Assembly (NCBI RefSeq): GCF_006345805.1
Contig: NW_021829032.1
Span: forward strand, 1-7,009
DNA from: Octopus sinensis
Lineage: Eukaryota
Direction: 5' to 3'
DNA length: 7,009 nt
A model generated the notes under the pieces. That model saw only the letters and a list, made by a program, of their open reading frames with translations, searched no databases and was not told the origin of the DNA. Each line of letters starts with the position of its first letter. Position 1 is the first letter of the stretch. The position numbers and the translations under genes are program-made. Positions 6,977-7,009 of the stretch are shown in pieces.

Positions 6977-7009
6977 GTGTGTATGAGAGTTGCATGTCTT
7001 GATCATGTG

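Noticed and set aside
6338-6995. ORFs 6338..6628, 6351..6695, 6437..6658, 6471..6686, 6810..6995
   Set aside because: Chance frames in a GC-rich SINE and (GT)n repeats.

Overview
Eukaryotic, AT-rich, repeat-saturated non-coding DNA (intronic or intergenic). From recall, not a database search, the repeat families look like those of Octopus (coleoid cephalopod). I can support no host-gene exon, and none of the listed ORFs is a credible intact gene. The window is a patchwork of decayed non-LTR retrotransposons: two RTE-clade LINE pieces (1-333 minus, 1304-1673 plus), R4/Dong-clade pieces (757-1057 plus, 1180-1308 minus, 5713-6138 plus, probable 3' UTR 2663-2817), three tRNA-derived SINE copies, three RTE-tailed SINE-like copies, one unclassified ~515-bp element inside (AAT)n, and long microsatellites. 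The most unusual structures are: (i) a ~119-bp inverted repeat that duplicates a SINE/R4 junction and sits beside an inverted R4 C-terminus; (ii) a SINE flanked by a ~180-215-bp direct duplication that looks like a giant target-site duplication; (iii) a compact H-type pseudoknot inside that SINE; (iv) the unclassified (AAT)n-embedded element. I did not find a convincing new protein-coding system.
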